A DNA stretch of 64,000 bases, taken from NCBI GenBank assembly GCA_040902485.1, contig JBBDXF010000017.1, positions 75,216 through 139,215 of the forward strand, in the 5' to 3' direction. The position numbers and the translations under genes are program-made. The first letter of the stretch is position 1. The number at the start of each line of letters is the position of its first letter. The notes beneath the pieces were generated by a model, which was not told where the DNA came from, did not search any database, and was given only the letters and a program-made list of their open reading frames with translations. This document shows, in pieces, positions 1 to 9,905 of this stretch. The stretch is from Myxococcota bacterium. GTDB lineage: Bacteria > Myxococcota_A > UBA9160 > SZUA-336.

Positions 1-1320
1 GGGCGGGTAGCTGGGGGTGACCTTGGCGAGCAGCGCCTTGTCCTCGCCGCACAGCTCCTCGAGCGAGCTGATCAGGAGCTTGCGCAGCTCCTCGTTGTTG
101 GCGCTGATCGAGAGCCGCTGATCCGGCCAGGCCGGGTCCTTCTTCACGGCCTCGAGGATGCCCTCGGCCATGCGCCAGAACATCGAGAAGCGGTACCACT
201 TCGCGTAGAAGGGCACGTGGTTCAGCAGCCAGTGCATGCCCTCGGGCACGTCCGCGTGGTAGTCGGGCGTGGCGCTGATCCACGGCGGCGTGCGCTGGAA
301 CACCACCACCTGCGAGGCGACCTTCGCGACCTCGGGCGCGAACTGGAACGCGCTCGCGCCCGTGCCGATCACCCCCACGCGCTTGCCGGTCAGGTCGTGC
401 TCGTGCTGCCACTCGGTGGAGTGGAACGAGACGCCGCGGAAGCGCTCGCGCCCCGGGATGTCCGGCCACTTCGGGCGATTGAGCTGGCCGACCGCGCTGA
501 TCACGGCGTTCGCTTCGAGCGTCTCGACGCGACCATCCGCGCGCTCGGTCTCGACGCGCCACACGCCGCGCGCCTCGTCGAAGCTCGCGCTCTTCAGGCT
601 GGTGCCGAAGCGGATGTGCCGGCGCAGCCCGTAGTCCGTCGCGGCGTCGTCGAAGTAGCGTCGCAGCACCTCCTGTTGGGAGTAGAACTGCGGCCAGTCG
701 TTGGGCCGGAAGCTGTAGGAATAGGTGTGGTTTGGGCTGTCAACCCTGCAACCTGGATAGGTATTCTGGTACCAGGTTCCGCCGACGTTCGCGTGACGCT
801 CGAGGATCGTGAAGGGAATCCCCGCCTCTTGCAGGCGAATCGCGGCGAGCAGCCCCGACATTCCGGCCCCGACGATCAGCACGCGGAAGTCCGCGCGCCT
901 CTCCGGCGAGATCTGGTCGAGCCCCGGGGCCGCGTATGGATCGAGCTCGTCGTTCATCGCGAGCTCGGCCTCCAAGAAGGCGGCGTAGTCGGGGCCGACC
1001 TGCTTCCCGATCACGAAGTTCACCATTTCGTGCACGAGCGGCTCACGCGGCTTCGCTGGCAGGCGCTGACCGCCGTCGCGATACGCGCGCAACAGGTCGA
1101 ACGCACGCGCGCGAACCTCGGCTTGTTGCGCCTCCGTGATACCGCCCTGCGCGTCACCGAAGAAGTCGCTCACCGGCCGGATCGGACCGCGAATGAGAGA
1201 GGCGTCACCAGTCACGTGCACCAGCGCGACTATCAGGGACGGGATGTGAGCGTCGGCCAAGGCAGCCTTCAGAGCGGCGTCGTCGGTTGTGATCGGCGAC
1301 ACGTCCGTGCGTGATCTCAG
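1..1320 (-). CDS. Baeyer-Villiger-type flavin-containing monooxygenase (partial; C-terminus lies beyond window start)
   Basis: Minus-strand translation from the ATG at ~1320 gives MLRSRTDVSPITTDD... It contains an FAD GxGxxG motif (VLIVGAGMSGL) and the BVMO fingerprint FRGVSFHSTEWQH (FxGxxxHxxxW). There is no stop inside the window, so it is absent from the ORF track. The + strand ORF 217..1314 is its antisense artefact. Confidence 0.8.
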   Translation of the reverse strand, partial: MRSRTDVSPITTDDAALKAALADAHIPSLIVALVHVTGDASLIRGPIRPVSDFFGDAQGGITEAQQAEVRARAFDLLRAYRDGGQRLPAKPREPLVHEMVNFVIGKQVGPDYAAFLEAELAMNDELDPYAAPGLDQISPERRADFRVLIVGAGMSGLLAAIRLQEAGIPFTILERHANVGGTWYQNTYPGCRVDSPNHTYSYSFRPNDWPQFYSQQEVLRRYFDDAATDYGLRRHIRFGTSLKSASFDEARGVWRVETERADGRVETLEANAVISAVGQLNRPKWPDIPGRERFRGVSFHSTEWQHEHDLTGKRVGVIGTGASAFQFAPEVAKVASQVVVFQRTPPWISATPDYHADVPEGMHWLLNHVPFYAKWYRFSMFWRMAEGILEAVKKDPAWPDQRLSISANNEELRKLLISSLEELCGEDKALLAKVTPSYPP

Positions 1321-1485
1321 CATCGTGGATCTCCTCTCCTGTCTGTCGACGGACTTCTAGAGCGCGCGTCCGGTTGAATCACGCGTTGCCCACGCGTGGA
1401 CCGGATCACAAACAGGCAGCGCGAAGTTTCGGCGAGCGTGTCCCACGTCACGTTGATCTTGGCGAAGCTTGACGAAATTGCGGTC

Positions 1486-2952
1486 ATGACTTCGATTCGC
1501 ACGGCCGACGCTCGCAGAGCCGCTGGGTCTTCGGAAGGCTCCCGCGCAGCACACCGCTTCTCGTGGCGGCGGGTCGCGAAGCTGTTGGTCGTATTGTGCG
1601 CCATGAGCGCGGTCGCGTGCAGTGGGGGCGGCGGGGGAGGCGGAAGCTCCACCCCGGTCGCCTCGCCGAACACGACTCCGCCCCCGCCCACCACGCCTCC
1701 GCCCACGACTCCGCCGCCGACGACCCCGCCGCCGACGACCACCCCCATGCAGACGGTGGAGGTCCGCTTCGAGCCGTCGCCGTCGGCGGGAATCATCGGC
1801 TACAACCTGTCGGTCGCGACCGTGTCCGGCGCCTCCGGCTCGGGCATGCAGGTCGACATCCCCGTGACCGCGGCGCGCGTCGAGGCGGGCGGCGTGCTCG
1901 CGTACGACGTGCAGATGAGCGCGGACCGGCCGCACTACCTGGTGTTGCGCGCTTACTCGGCGCAGACCTTCTCCCCGTACTCGAACGAGATCGTGATCCC
2001 CGCGGTCGCCGCCACGGCCACCACCTCGATCGCGACCTCGAGCACCGTGGCGATCGGCGAAGAGACGAGCGGCATGCCCGCGGGCTCGACCGGCACGACG
2101 GGCTCGGGCGGAACCAGCCTGGCCAGCGCGAGCGGCTCCGGCAGCACGAGCGGCGCGTCCGACGCGAGCGACCCGAACGCCGCCACCAGCACGAGCAGCG
2201 CGAGCGCGGCCGCGATGAGCTCGCTCGACTTCGACGGCGCCGGCGAGTTCCTGGCCAGCAGCGCGGCCTACCCGCTCGGCGCGAGCAGCGAGTTCACGCT
2301 CTCGGTCTGGGCCGTCGCCGATCCGGGCGCGACCGGCCCCCGCGCGCTCGTCTCGGTGCGCGGCGGCAGCGGCCCGACACAGAATCGCGTCGAGCTGACC
2401 TCGAACGGCGGCGACCTCGCGCTGAGCGTCACGAACGACGCCGGCCAGCTCGTCTACAGCGCCGTCTGGGCGGGCGCGCTCGCGCCCGGCAGCTGGCAGC
2501 ACCTGGCGCTCAGCTTCGACGCCGCGATCGACGCCGCCCCGATGCTGGCGGTCGACGGCATGATCCGCGCGCCCTCGAGCGCGAACCTGACCGGCAACCC
2601 GGCCGTGTTCGGCGACAGCGCCGGCCACGTGTTCGTCGGCAGCAGCGGCAGCAGCACCGGAACGACCGGCACCTGGCACGGCGCGATCGGCCACGTCGCG
2701 TTCTTCGGCCTCGCGCTGGGCGACGACGAGGTCGCCGAGATCTTCCTGCGCGGCCACACCCTCGACCTGCGCCTCGACGCCGGCGCCTACCAGTCCGGCG
2801 ATGCGCTGCTGCACTACTGGAGGCTGGGCGAGGACCCGAACGCCGTCGGCTACGACTCCGGCTCCGCGCCCACGCCGATCGACCTCGACGACCCGTCCGG
2901 CCAGATCGACGCCGGCGACATCGTGGCCGACGCGCCGGTGCTCTTGCCGTAG
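1486..2952 (+). CDS. lipoprotein with Pro/Thr-rich linker and LamG/concanavalin-A-like domain
   Basis: The internal Met of ORF 1396..2952 opens a signal peptide with a lipobox-like motif (LLVVLCAMSAVAC-SGGGG). It is followed by a (TTPPP)n linker and a C-terminal region with LamG-like character (SSEFTLSVWAV...GSWQHLALSFDA). Confidence 0.6.
   Translation: MTSIRTADARRAAGSSEGSRAAHRFSWRRVAKLLVVLCAMSAVACSGGGGGGGSSTPVASPNTTPPPPTTPPPTTPPPTTPPPTTTPMQTVEVRFEPSPSAGIIGYNLSVATVSGASGSGMQVDIPVTAARVEAGGVLAYDVQMSADRPHYLVLRAYSAQTFSPYSNEIVIPAVAATATTSIATSSTVAIGEETSGMPAGSTGTTGSGGTSLASASGSGSTSGASDASDPNAATSTSSASAAAMSSLDFDGAGEFLASSAAYPLGASSEFTLSVWAVADPGATGPRALVSVRGGSGPTQNRVELTSNGGDLALSVTNDAGQLVYSAVWAGALAPGSWQHLALSFDAAIDAAPMLAVDGMIRAPSSANLTGNPAVFGDSAGHVFVGSSGSSTGTTGTWHGAIGHVAFFGLALGDDEVAEIFLRGHTLDLRLDAGAYQSGDALLHYWRLGEDPNAVGYDSGSAPTPIDLDDPSGQIDAGDIVADAPVLLP
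1672..1748 (+). repeat. imperfect 12-15 nt tandem repeats (acgac[t/c]ccgcc[c/g]cc) encoding the TTPPP linker
   Basis: Visible directly in the sequence as ...acgactccgcccccgcccaccacgcctccgcccacgactccgccgccgacgaccccgccgccgacgacc... Confidence 0.6.
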
Positions 2953-3313
2953 TCGTGCGCGTCGCGCGCGGCCGGGTTCCGGCCGCCCGTCGGCGTCTCG
3001 TCGCAGCGGCCCGCGCGGAGTCCGCGCCCGTCGCTTCAGGCTCGAGTGTGACGGCGATCGCACTCGCGCGAGCGCAGCTCCGTGTGCCGACGCCGCAGCC
3101 GCGTCGCGCGCGCAGGTCGCGCCGCTTCGCTCCCGAAGTCTGACGCCTTTCGGTGTCAGGGCGAAGCGCGACCGGGCCGCCGCGCCGGACGCGAGGCGAC
3201 GTCTGCGGCCTCCGCACGACACGTGTGACGCCTGGCACGCAGTACGCGTTCGCATCACACCGAAAGGCGTAGTCGGATGGGGAGCCGAGGTCCGGCCTGA
3301 ACGGGAGCGAGCC

Positions 3314-3910
3314 ATGAACCTCCTCGACAGAGTGCAATCGACCGGCACGCTCCGGCGTGCGCCGCGGGCGACCCAGCGGATTTCGAGCCTGGCCTGGCTG
3401 GTGACCTTCGTCCTGCTGGGCTCGAGCGGCAGCGCGCCCGGTGTCGCGTGGGCGGGCTCCAAGGAGCAGCTGCAGAGCCTCGACGAGCAGGTCCAGGAGA
3501 TCAAGTCGGACGTGCTCGGCATCGCCGCGGATCTCACGCGTCTCGAGGAGCGGCTGCTGTATCCGTCGGACACGCAGGTCGCGGTCTTCGTGTCGCTCGC
3601 CGAGGGCGAGACGTTCCTGGTCGACTCCGTGCAGATCCGGATCGACGGTGAGCCCGTCGCGCACCACATCTACAGCTTCAAGGAGCTCGAGGCCCTGAAG
3701 AAGGGCGGCGTGCAGCGGATCTACACCGGCAACGTCCGCACCGGCGAGCACCGGCTCGAGGTCTCCGTGGCCGGCAAGCGGCCGGGCGGCCAGGACGCGA
3801 CGGGCAGCCAGAGCTTCGGCTTCAGCAAGGACGTCGGGCCGAAACTCGTCGGTGTCACCCTGGCCGGAAGCGACTCGGGCGAGGTCGGCATCGAGCTCGG
3901 AGGTTTCTAG
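3314..3910 (+). CDS. DUF3450-like periplasmic coiled-coil protein (TonB-system accessory, TtpB-like)
   Basis: Starts at MNLLDRV inside ORF 2801..3910. It has a signal-like segment (LAWLVTFVLLGSSGSAPGVAWA) and a coiled-coil (KEQLQSLDEQVQEIKSDVLGIAADLTRLEERL). It lies first in an Exb/TonB cluster, which is the usual DUF3450 position in TonB2-type loci. Confidence 0.5.
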   Translation: MNLLDRVQSTGTLRRAPRATQRISSLAWLVTFVLLGSSGSAPGVAWAGSKEQLQSLDEQVQEIKSDVLGIAADLTRLEERLLYPSDTQVAVFVSLAEGETFLVDSVQIRIDGEPVAHHIYSFKELEALKKGGVQRIYTGNVRTGEHRLEVSVAGKRPGGQDATGSQSFGFSKDVGPKLVGVTLAGSDSGEVGIELGGF

Positions 3911-3913
3911 CTC

Positions 3914-5785
3914 TTGACCACGCGCCTGCTCAAACGGCTCGCGATCGTCGCGGCGGCACTCCTGCCGATCGGCTCCGCCAGCGGCGACGAGCTCGGCGAT
4001 CTCCACTTCGGCGAGGCGCTCTACTACGCGTACCAGGAGCACTGGTTCGAAGCCCTGCAGCGCCTCGACGCGGAGATCGCCCAGCACTACGGCGTCGACG
4101 AGCCCGAGCTCGACTCGCTGTACCCGCACATCAAGAGCGCGAACTTCGACGTCGGCGACTTCGAGCTGCGCTACCGCATGCACCATCGCGCGGGCCGCGC
4201 CATCCAGGCGGTGCTCGAGGCCGACGTCGAGGAGCCGGTGCGCAACGAGGCGGCGTTCCGCCTGGCGCGAATCCACTTCCAGAAGGGCCAGCCCGAGGCG
4301 GCCCTGCAGGTCCTGGAGAAGATCCGCGGAGAGGTCCCCGAGGACGTCCGCGACGAGATCGGGTTCCTGCGCGCGAACGTCCTGCTCGCGCTCGGCCGGC
4401 CTTCGGACGCGGTCGGCGTCCTGCAGCGCCTGCAGGACTCGGAAGACCTGCAGGGCTTCTCGGCCTACAACCTCGGCGTCGCGCTGCTGCAGGACGGCCG
4501 CCAGCTCGAGGCCGTCGAGCAGCTCGACCGCGCGGGTCGAGTGGAGAGCCGCGACCCGGCCGCGCTCGCGATCGTCGACAAGTCGAACCTGGTGCTCGGC
4601 ACGATGCTCTTCGAGGCGTCGGCGTTCGAGCCGGCCGAGCGCACGCTGGATCGTGTCCGGCTGGAGGGCCCGTTCTCGAACCAGGCGCTGTTGCGCGCGG
4701 GCTGGGCCGACGCTTCTGCGGAGAAGTTCGAGAGAGCGCTGGTGCCCTGGAGCATCCTCGCCGAGCGCGAAGCCACCGACGCCGCGGTGCAGGAGGCCAT
4801 GCTCGCGCTGCCGTACGCCTACAGCAAGCTGGGCGTGCAGGGCCGCGCGGCGAAGCTGTACGGTCGCGCCGTGGAGGCCTACGGCGAGGAGCTCGAGAAG
4901 CTCGACGCCTCCCTCGCGAGCATCAGCGGCGGCGCGTTCCTCGAAGCGCTCGCGCGCGAGGAGATCCGTCAGGACAAGGACTGGGTGATTCGCCTGCGCA
5001 GCCTGCCCGACGCGCCGGAGACGTTCTACCTGATGACGCTGCTGGCGTCGCACGAGTTCCAGAGCGGACTGCAGAACTACCTCGATCTCGAGGACATGCG
5101 CAAGAAGGTGGTCGCCTGGCGCACGAGCCTCGACGCGTTCGAGGACATCGTGCGCGTGCGCCGCGCGTACTACGAGCCGCTGCTGCCCGAGATCGATCGC
5201 GAGTTCCGCGCGCTCGACTCGCAGATCCGCCTGCGCGTGGAGCAGCGCGACCGCATCGAGCAGCGGCTCCAGCACATGCTGATCGCGCCAAGGCCGGACT
5301 ACCTGGCGACCGCGAACGAGCAGCGAGCGGCGGCGGAGATCGCGGCGCTCGCGGCGCGCCTCTCGGATTCGAGCGAAGCCGAGCGCGCCGCGCACTCGCT
5401 GCGCATCCGCCGCTTGAAGGGCGTGCTGACCTGGAGCCTGGAGCTGCGCTACCACGAGCGACTGACCGACGCGCACAAGCACCTGCGCGAGCTGAACGCG
5501 GACGTCGACAGGATGACGGCGCGCTACGACGCCTTCGTTCGGGCGCGTCAGGCCGCGACGCTCAGCTACACGGGCTACGACGACCCGATCGAGGAGACGC
5601 GCGCGCGCATCGCCGACGCGCTGGAACGGCTCGGCGTCCTGATGACTCGGCAGGGACGTCTGCTCGAGGTCGTGGCGACCCAGGAGCTGAAGCAGCGCCG
5701 GCTGCACCTGGAGGCGCAGCTCAACCAGGCGCGCTTCGCGTTTGCCGACAGCTACGACCGCGCCGCGAAGGCGCAGGTCAAGTGA
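3914..5785 (+). CDS. TPR-like/coiled-coil periplasmic protein (623 aa)
   Basis: Clean ORF with a signal peptide (MTTRLLKRLAIVAAALLPIGSASG) and helical repeat/TPR-like content. It sits 3 nt after the preceding gene. Confidence 0.6.
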   Translation: MTTRLLKRLAIVAAALLPIGSASGDELGDLHFGEALYYAYQEHWFEALQRLDAEIAQHYGVDEPELDSLYPHIKSANFDVGDFELRYRMHHRAGRAIQAVLEADVEEPVRNEAAFRLARIHFQKGQPEAALQVLEKIRGEVPEDVRDEIGFLRANVLLALGRPSDAVGVLQRLQDSEDLQGFSAYNLGVALLQDGRQLEAVEQLDRAGRVESRDPAALAIVDKSNLVLGTMLFEASAFEPAERTLDRVRLEGPFSNQALLRAGWADASAEKFERALVPWSILAEREATDAAVQEAMLALPYAYSKLGVQGRAAKLYGRAVEAYGEELEKLDASLASISGGAFLEALAREEIRQDKDWVIRLRSLPDAPETFYLMTLLASHEFQSGLQNYLDLEDMRKKVVAWRTSLDAFEDIVRVRRAYYEPLLPEIDREFRALDSQIRLRVEQRDRIEQRLQHMLIAPRPDYLATANEQRAAAEIAALAARLSDSSEAERAAHSLRIRRLKGVLTWSLELRYHERLTDAHKHLRELNADVDRMTARYDAFVRARQAATLSYTGYDDPIEETRARIADALERLGVLMTRQGRLLEVVATQELKQRRLHLEAQLNQARFAFADSYDRAAKAQVK

Positions 5786-5798
5786 GGTGCGGTACGCG

Positions 5799-8700
5799 AT
5801 GCTGCGCATTCGCACGGCTCTGCTGCTCGCACCGGCCGTCGCCGCCGCCTGCGCGGGCGATCCCGACCGGCGCACGCTCGCGGAGCTGCGCGCGCTGGAG
5901 CCCGACGTGACGGAGGTGCGGGTCGAGAACAGCCTCGATCAGGCGATGGTCGGGTACAAGAAGTTCCTCGAGCAGGCGCCGGAATCCGCGCTCACGCCCG
6001 AGGCGATGCGGCGGCTCGCCGACCTGAAGCTCGAGAAGGAGTACGGAATCCTCGGCGACGGCGAGATCGCCGAGCTTCCCGCGCCCGAGCCCGCGCCGCG
6101 CCTGGATCCCGCGCGCGAGCGTCCGCGCGCCGAGGCCCGGCACACGAGCGCGGAATCCGATCAGGCGTTCGAGCAGCGCGCTTCGGGCGAGGCGACGCTC
6201 TCGCGCGCGGGCGAAGTCGCCGCGCTCGAGCTGCCCGGCGGGAAGCCCGCGCCGTCCGCCGGCCCGCTCGAGGCGCTCGCGCTCTACGATCAGATCCTCA
6301 CCACCTATCCGGGCTACCCGCACAACGACGAGGTGCTGTACCAGAAGGCGCGCGCGCTCGACGAGCTGGGTCGGGTCGACGAGGCCGTCGTCGTGATCGA
6401 GCGGCTGACCGCCGAGTACCCGGACTCGCTCCACCTCGACGAGGTGCAGTTTCGGCGCGCGGAGTACTTCTTCACGCGGCGGAAGTACCTGCAGGCGGAA
6501 GAGGCCTACGCGGCGGTGCGCGCGGTGGGCGCCGGCTCCGAGTACTACGAGCTCGCCTTGTACAAGCTCGGCTGGACCTTCTACAAGCAGGAGCTGCACG
6601 ACGAGGCGCTGCACGAGTACGTCGCGCTGCTCGACTACAAGGTCTCCACCGGCTACGACTTCGATCAGGCGAAGGACGAGGACGAAGAACGGCGGATCGC
6701 CGACACCTATCGCGTCGTGAGTCTGTGCTTCTCGAACCTCGGCGGACCGGAGCTGGTCGAGAGCTACTTCACGGCGAACGGCACGCGCAGCTACGAAGAC
6801 CGCATCTACAGTCATCTGGCGGAGTTCTATCTCGAGAAGCTCCGCTACCAGGACGCGGCCGCGGCCTACGACGCGTTCGTGCGGCTCCACCCCCTGCACC
6901 GGTCCGCGCCGCGCTTCAGCATGCGCGTGGTCGAGATCTACGAGGCCGGCGGCTTTCCCAAGCTCGTGCTCGAGTCGCGCAAGACCTTCGCGGCCAGCTA
7001 CGGGTTGCAGTCCGAGTACTGGCGCCACTTCGACGTGCGCGAGTCGCCGCAGGTCCTGAGCTATCTGCGGACCAACCTGCAGGATCTGGCCGGTCACTAC
7101 CACGCGCTCTACCAGGATCCGGAGCGCACGGCCGAGAAGCCCGCGAGCTTCGACGAGGCGCTGCGCTGGTACCGCGCGTATCTCGAATCGTTCCCGGCGG
7201 ATCCCGAGACTCCGGCCACGCACTACCGACTCGCCGATCTCCAGCTCGAACATCGCGACTTCGGCGAGGCGGCGCGCGAGTACGAGCGCAGCGCCTACGA
7301 CTACCCCGAGCACGTGCAGGCCGCGGCCGCGGGCTACGCCGCGATCCACGCGCACCGCGAGCACCAGAAGCAGGTGGTCGGCGACGCGCAGACCGCCGTG
7401 ATTCGCGAGGCCGTCGCCAGCACGCTGCGTTTCGTGGACCGCTTCCCGGCCCACGAGCACGCCGCCGCGACGCTGGGCATCGCGGTGAACGACCTGTACG
7501 AGCTGAAGGAGTTCGCCCCGGCGATCGCCACCGCGCGCAAGCTGATCGACGACTATCCGGAGACGGACGTGGCGATCCGTCGCTCGGCCTGGGCGGTGGT
7601 CGCGAACGCCTCGCTCGACAGCGCCGACTTTCCGCAGGCGGAGCAGGCCTACGCGCGCGTGCTGGAGCTGATGCCCGCAGACGACGCGTCGCGCCAGGGG
7701 GTCATCGACAACCTGGCGGCGTCGATCTACAAGCAGGGCGAGCAGGCGAACGTCGCCGGCAACCACCGCGGCGCCGCCGATCACTTCCTGCGCGTCGCGC
7801 AGGCCGCGCCGGACTCGAAGATCCGTCCGCTGGCCGAGTACGATGCTGGCGCGGCGTTGATCGAGTTGCAGGACTGGGCCGGCGCCGCCGGTGTGCTGGA
7901 GTCGTTCCGGCAAGCGCATCCGGAGCACGAGCTACAGCGCGACGCCACCAAGCAGATGGCGTTCGTCCGCACGCAGGAGGGCAATCCGACCGGCGCCGCG
8001 GAGGAGTACGAACGCGTCGCGGCCGAGGCCAAGCAGCCGGAGGCGCGCCGCGAGGCGCTGCTCGTCGCCGGTGAGCTGTACGAGAGCGCGAAGGCGATGG
8101 ACCGCGCGTTGTCCGTCTATCTCGGCTACGTGAGTCAGTTCGCCGAGCCGGTCGAGACCGCCGTCGAGACCCGTTTCAAGATCGCCGAGATCCAGAAGGC
8201 GCGGAACGACGACGCCGGCTACCGGGAGCAGCTGCGCGAGATCGTGAAGATCGACGCGGCCGCGGGCGAGGCGGGCAGCGCGCGCATCCGCTTCCTCGCG
8301 GCCAGGTCCGCGCTGGTGCTGACGGAGGACTTCTACCGCCGCTTCGACGAGATCAAGCTGGTGCAGCCGCTCGAGCAGAACCTGCAGGAGAAGCAGCGGC
8401 GCATGGACGAGGCGCTCGCCGCGTTCGGCCGGCTCGTCGACTACGAGGTTGCCGAGGTGACGTCGGCGGCCACGTTCTACATGGCGGAGATCTACGCCGA
8501 GTTCAGCCGCGCGTTGCTCGGATCCGAGCGTCCGAACGATCTCGACCCCGCGGGTCTCGCGGAGTACGTGTCCGCGCTCGAAGGCGAGGCCTTCCCCTTC
8601 GAGGAGCGCGCGATCGAAGTGCACGAGAAGAACCTCGAGCTGCTGGCCGCGGGAATCTACAACCCGTGGATCGACAAGAGCCTCGGCAAGCTCGCGCTGC

Positions 8701-8945
8701 TGGTGCCGGGGCGCTACGCGAAGTTCGAGGCGAGCAGCGGTCTGATCGCGTCGCTCGACCGCTACGCGTACGAGGGGCCGAGGGCCCGCCCGGCCGCGGC
8801 GCCCGCGCCGGAGCCGATCGATCGCAGCACGTTCGGACCGGAGGACTCCGTTCCGGCCGCGCCCGACGAGTCCGAGTGGAACGAGCTGCCGGCGCTGGAG
8901 CCTCCCCAGGCGGCGAAGGAGGCGAGCGATGTCCAGGCGCCCTGA
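5799..8945 (+). CDS. large secreted TPR-repeat protein (~1049 aa)
   Basis: ORF 5742..8945. The likely start is MLRIRTALLLAPAVAAACAGD, preceded by a gagg RBS. It carries many TPR-like repeats (ALYKLGWTFYKQELHDEALHEY..., GQAEQAYARVLEL...). Confidence 0.65.
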   Translation: MLRIRTALLLAPAVAAACAGDPDRRTLAELRALEPDVTEVRVENSLDQAMVGYKKFLEQAPESALTPEAMRRLADLKLEKEYGILGDGEIAELPAPEPAPRLDPARERPRAEARHTSAESDQAFEQRASGEATLSRAGEVAALELPGGKPAPSAGPLEALALYDQILTTYPGYPHNDEVLYQKARALDELGRVDEAVVVIERLTAEYPDSLHLDEVQFRRAEYFFTRRKYLQAEEAYAAVRAVGAGSEYYELALYKLGWTFYKQELHDEALHEYVALLDYKVSTGYDFDQAKDEDEERRIADTYRVVSLCFSNLGGPELVESYFTANGTRSYEDRIYSHLAEFYLEKLRYQDAAAAYDAFVRLHPLHRSAPRFSMRVVEIYEAGGFPKLVLESRKTFAASYGLQSEYWRHFDVRESPQVLSYLRTNLQDLAGHYHALYQDPERTAEKPASFDEALRWYRAYLESFPADPETPATHYRLADLQLEHRDFGEAAREYERSAYDYPEHVQAAAAGYAAIHAHREHQKQVVGDAQTAVIREAVASTLRFVDRFPAHEHAAATLGIAVNDLYELKEFAPAIATARKLIDDYPETDVAIRRSAWAVVANASLDSADFPQAEQAYARVLELMPADDASRQGVIDNLAASIYKQGEQANVAGNHRGAADHFLRVAQAAPDSKIRPLAEYDAGAALIELQDWAGAAGVLESFRQAHPEHELQRDATKQMAFVRTQEGNPTGAAEEYERVAAEAKQPEARREALLVAGELYESAKAMDRALSVYLGYVSQFAEPVETAVETRFKIAEIQKARNDDAGYREQLREIVKIDAAAGEAGSARIRFLAARSALVLTEDFYRRFDEIKLVQPLEQNLQEKQRRMDEALAAFGRLVDYEVAEVTSAATFYMAEIYAEFSRALLGSERPNDLDPAGLAEYVSALEGEAFPFEERAIEVHEKNLELLAAGIYNPWIDKSLGKLALLVPGRYAKFEASSGLIASLDRYAYEGPRARPAAAPAPEPIDRSTFGPEDSVPAAPDESEWNELPALEPPQAAKEASDVQAP

Positions 8946-9561
8946 GCCTTCGCGTCGGTCGGCGTCGGCACGCGGCGCGTGGCTGCTCGCGGCGGTGCTC
9001 GCGCTGTCGGCTTGCAGCAGCACGGGCTCGACGTCGAAGACCGAGATCCTGGACGAGGGCGGCTTCGCCATCACCGAGAAGGTGCGGGCCGGCGCGGAGG
9101 TGCGCGCAGACTTCGACGGCGCGTTGCGCCTGCTCGAGCAGAAGCGATACGCCGAGGGCATCGCGCTGCTGGTCAAGGTGACGGAAGCGGCGCCCGAGCT
9201 GACCGCGGCGCACATCGACCTCGCGCTCGCCTACGGCGAGCTCGACGATCTGGAGCGCGCGGAGGCCAGCCTGGAGCGCGCGCTCGAGCTCAGCCCGCGC
9301 CATCCCGTGGTGCACAACGAGCTCGGCATCGTGTACCGCAAGACGGGGCGCTTCGAAGAGGCGCGCAAGAGCTACCAGCGCGCGCTCGAGCTGCATCCGG
9401 ACTTCCACTTCGCGCGCAAGAACCTCGCGATCCTCTGCGACGTGTATCTGCGCGACACGACCTGCGCGCTGAATCACTACGCGCTGTACGCGGCCGCGGT
9501 GCCGGACGACGAAGCCGCGGCGATCTGGATCGCCGATCTACGCAACCGGATCGGCCGGTAG
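8929..9561 (+). CDS. TPR-repeat lipoprotein
   Basis: Lipoprotein signal AWLLAAVLALSACSSTG. TPR motifs include ALRLLEQKRYAEGIALLVKV, ELGIVYRKTGRFEEARKSYQRALEL and PDFHFARKNLAIL. It overlaps the upstream gene by ~17 nt. Confidence 0.6.
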   Translation: MSRRPEPSRRSASARGAWLLAAVLALSACSSTGSTSKTEILDEGGFAITEKVRAGAEVRADFDGALRLLEQKRYAEGIALLVKVTEAAPELTAAHIDLALAYGELDDLERAEASLERALELSPRHPVVHNELGIVYRKTGRFEEARKSYQRALELHPDFHFARKNLAILCDVYLRDTTCALNHYALYAAAVPDDEAAAIWIADLRNRIGR

Positions 9562-9569
9562 GAGAGAGC

Positions 9570-9869
9570 ATGAGACCCACACTCGTCTGCTGCACGGTTC
9601 TGCTGCTGGCCTCGGGCGCCGCCCGGAGCGAGGACACCGCCCCCAAGGGCGACAAGCTGCTCTCGGGCATGTCGATCGTCGGCAACGACGAAGCACCCAA
9701 GTCCCTGGTGATCGTGCCCTGGAAGAGCTCGGGGCTCGGCGACACGCTCGACGTGTGGTCGGCCCTCGACGACGGGCGCCAGCCCGTGGACCGGGACGTG
9801 TTCATGAGGGAGCTCGACTACTACCAGATTCGAGCGGCGTCCGGAGCGTCGGGCGCAGGTCAGCGATAG
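9570..9869 (+). CDS. small secreted protein (99 aa), unknown function
   Basis: An aggagag RBS precedes the ATG. Signal peptide MRPTLVCCTVLLLASGAARSE. It is embedded between the TPR lipoprotein gene and exbB. Confidence 0.45.
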   Translation: MRPTLVCCTVLLLASGAARSEDTAPKGDKLLSGMSIVGNDEAPKSLVIVPWKSSGLGDTLDVWSALDDGRQPVDRDVFMRELDYYQIRAASGASGAGQR

Positions 9870-9905
9870 CGCGCGAAGCAACTCACAAGTTCGGGAGGAT
9901 ACGTC

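Noticed and set aside
1357-5875. Very long minus-strand ORFs (1357..3669 at 770 aa; 2510..5875 at 1121 aa) and + ORFs 1563..3143 and 2801..3910 (N-terminal part)
   Set aside because: Translations are Arg/Ala/Gly-rich low-complexity strings (RRRRGR..., GRRRGGRG...). These are typical of stop-poor alternative frames in 70% GC DNA. The opposite or alternate frames contain clean, motif-bearing genes.
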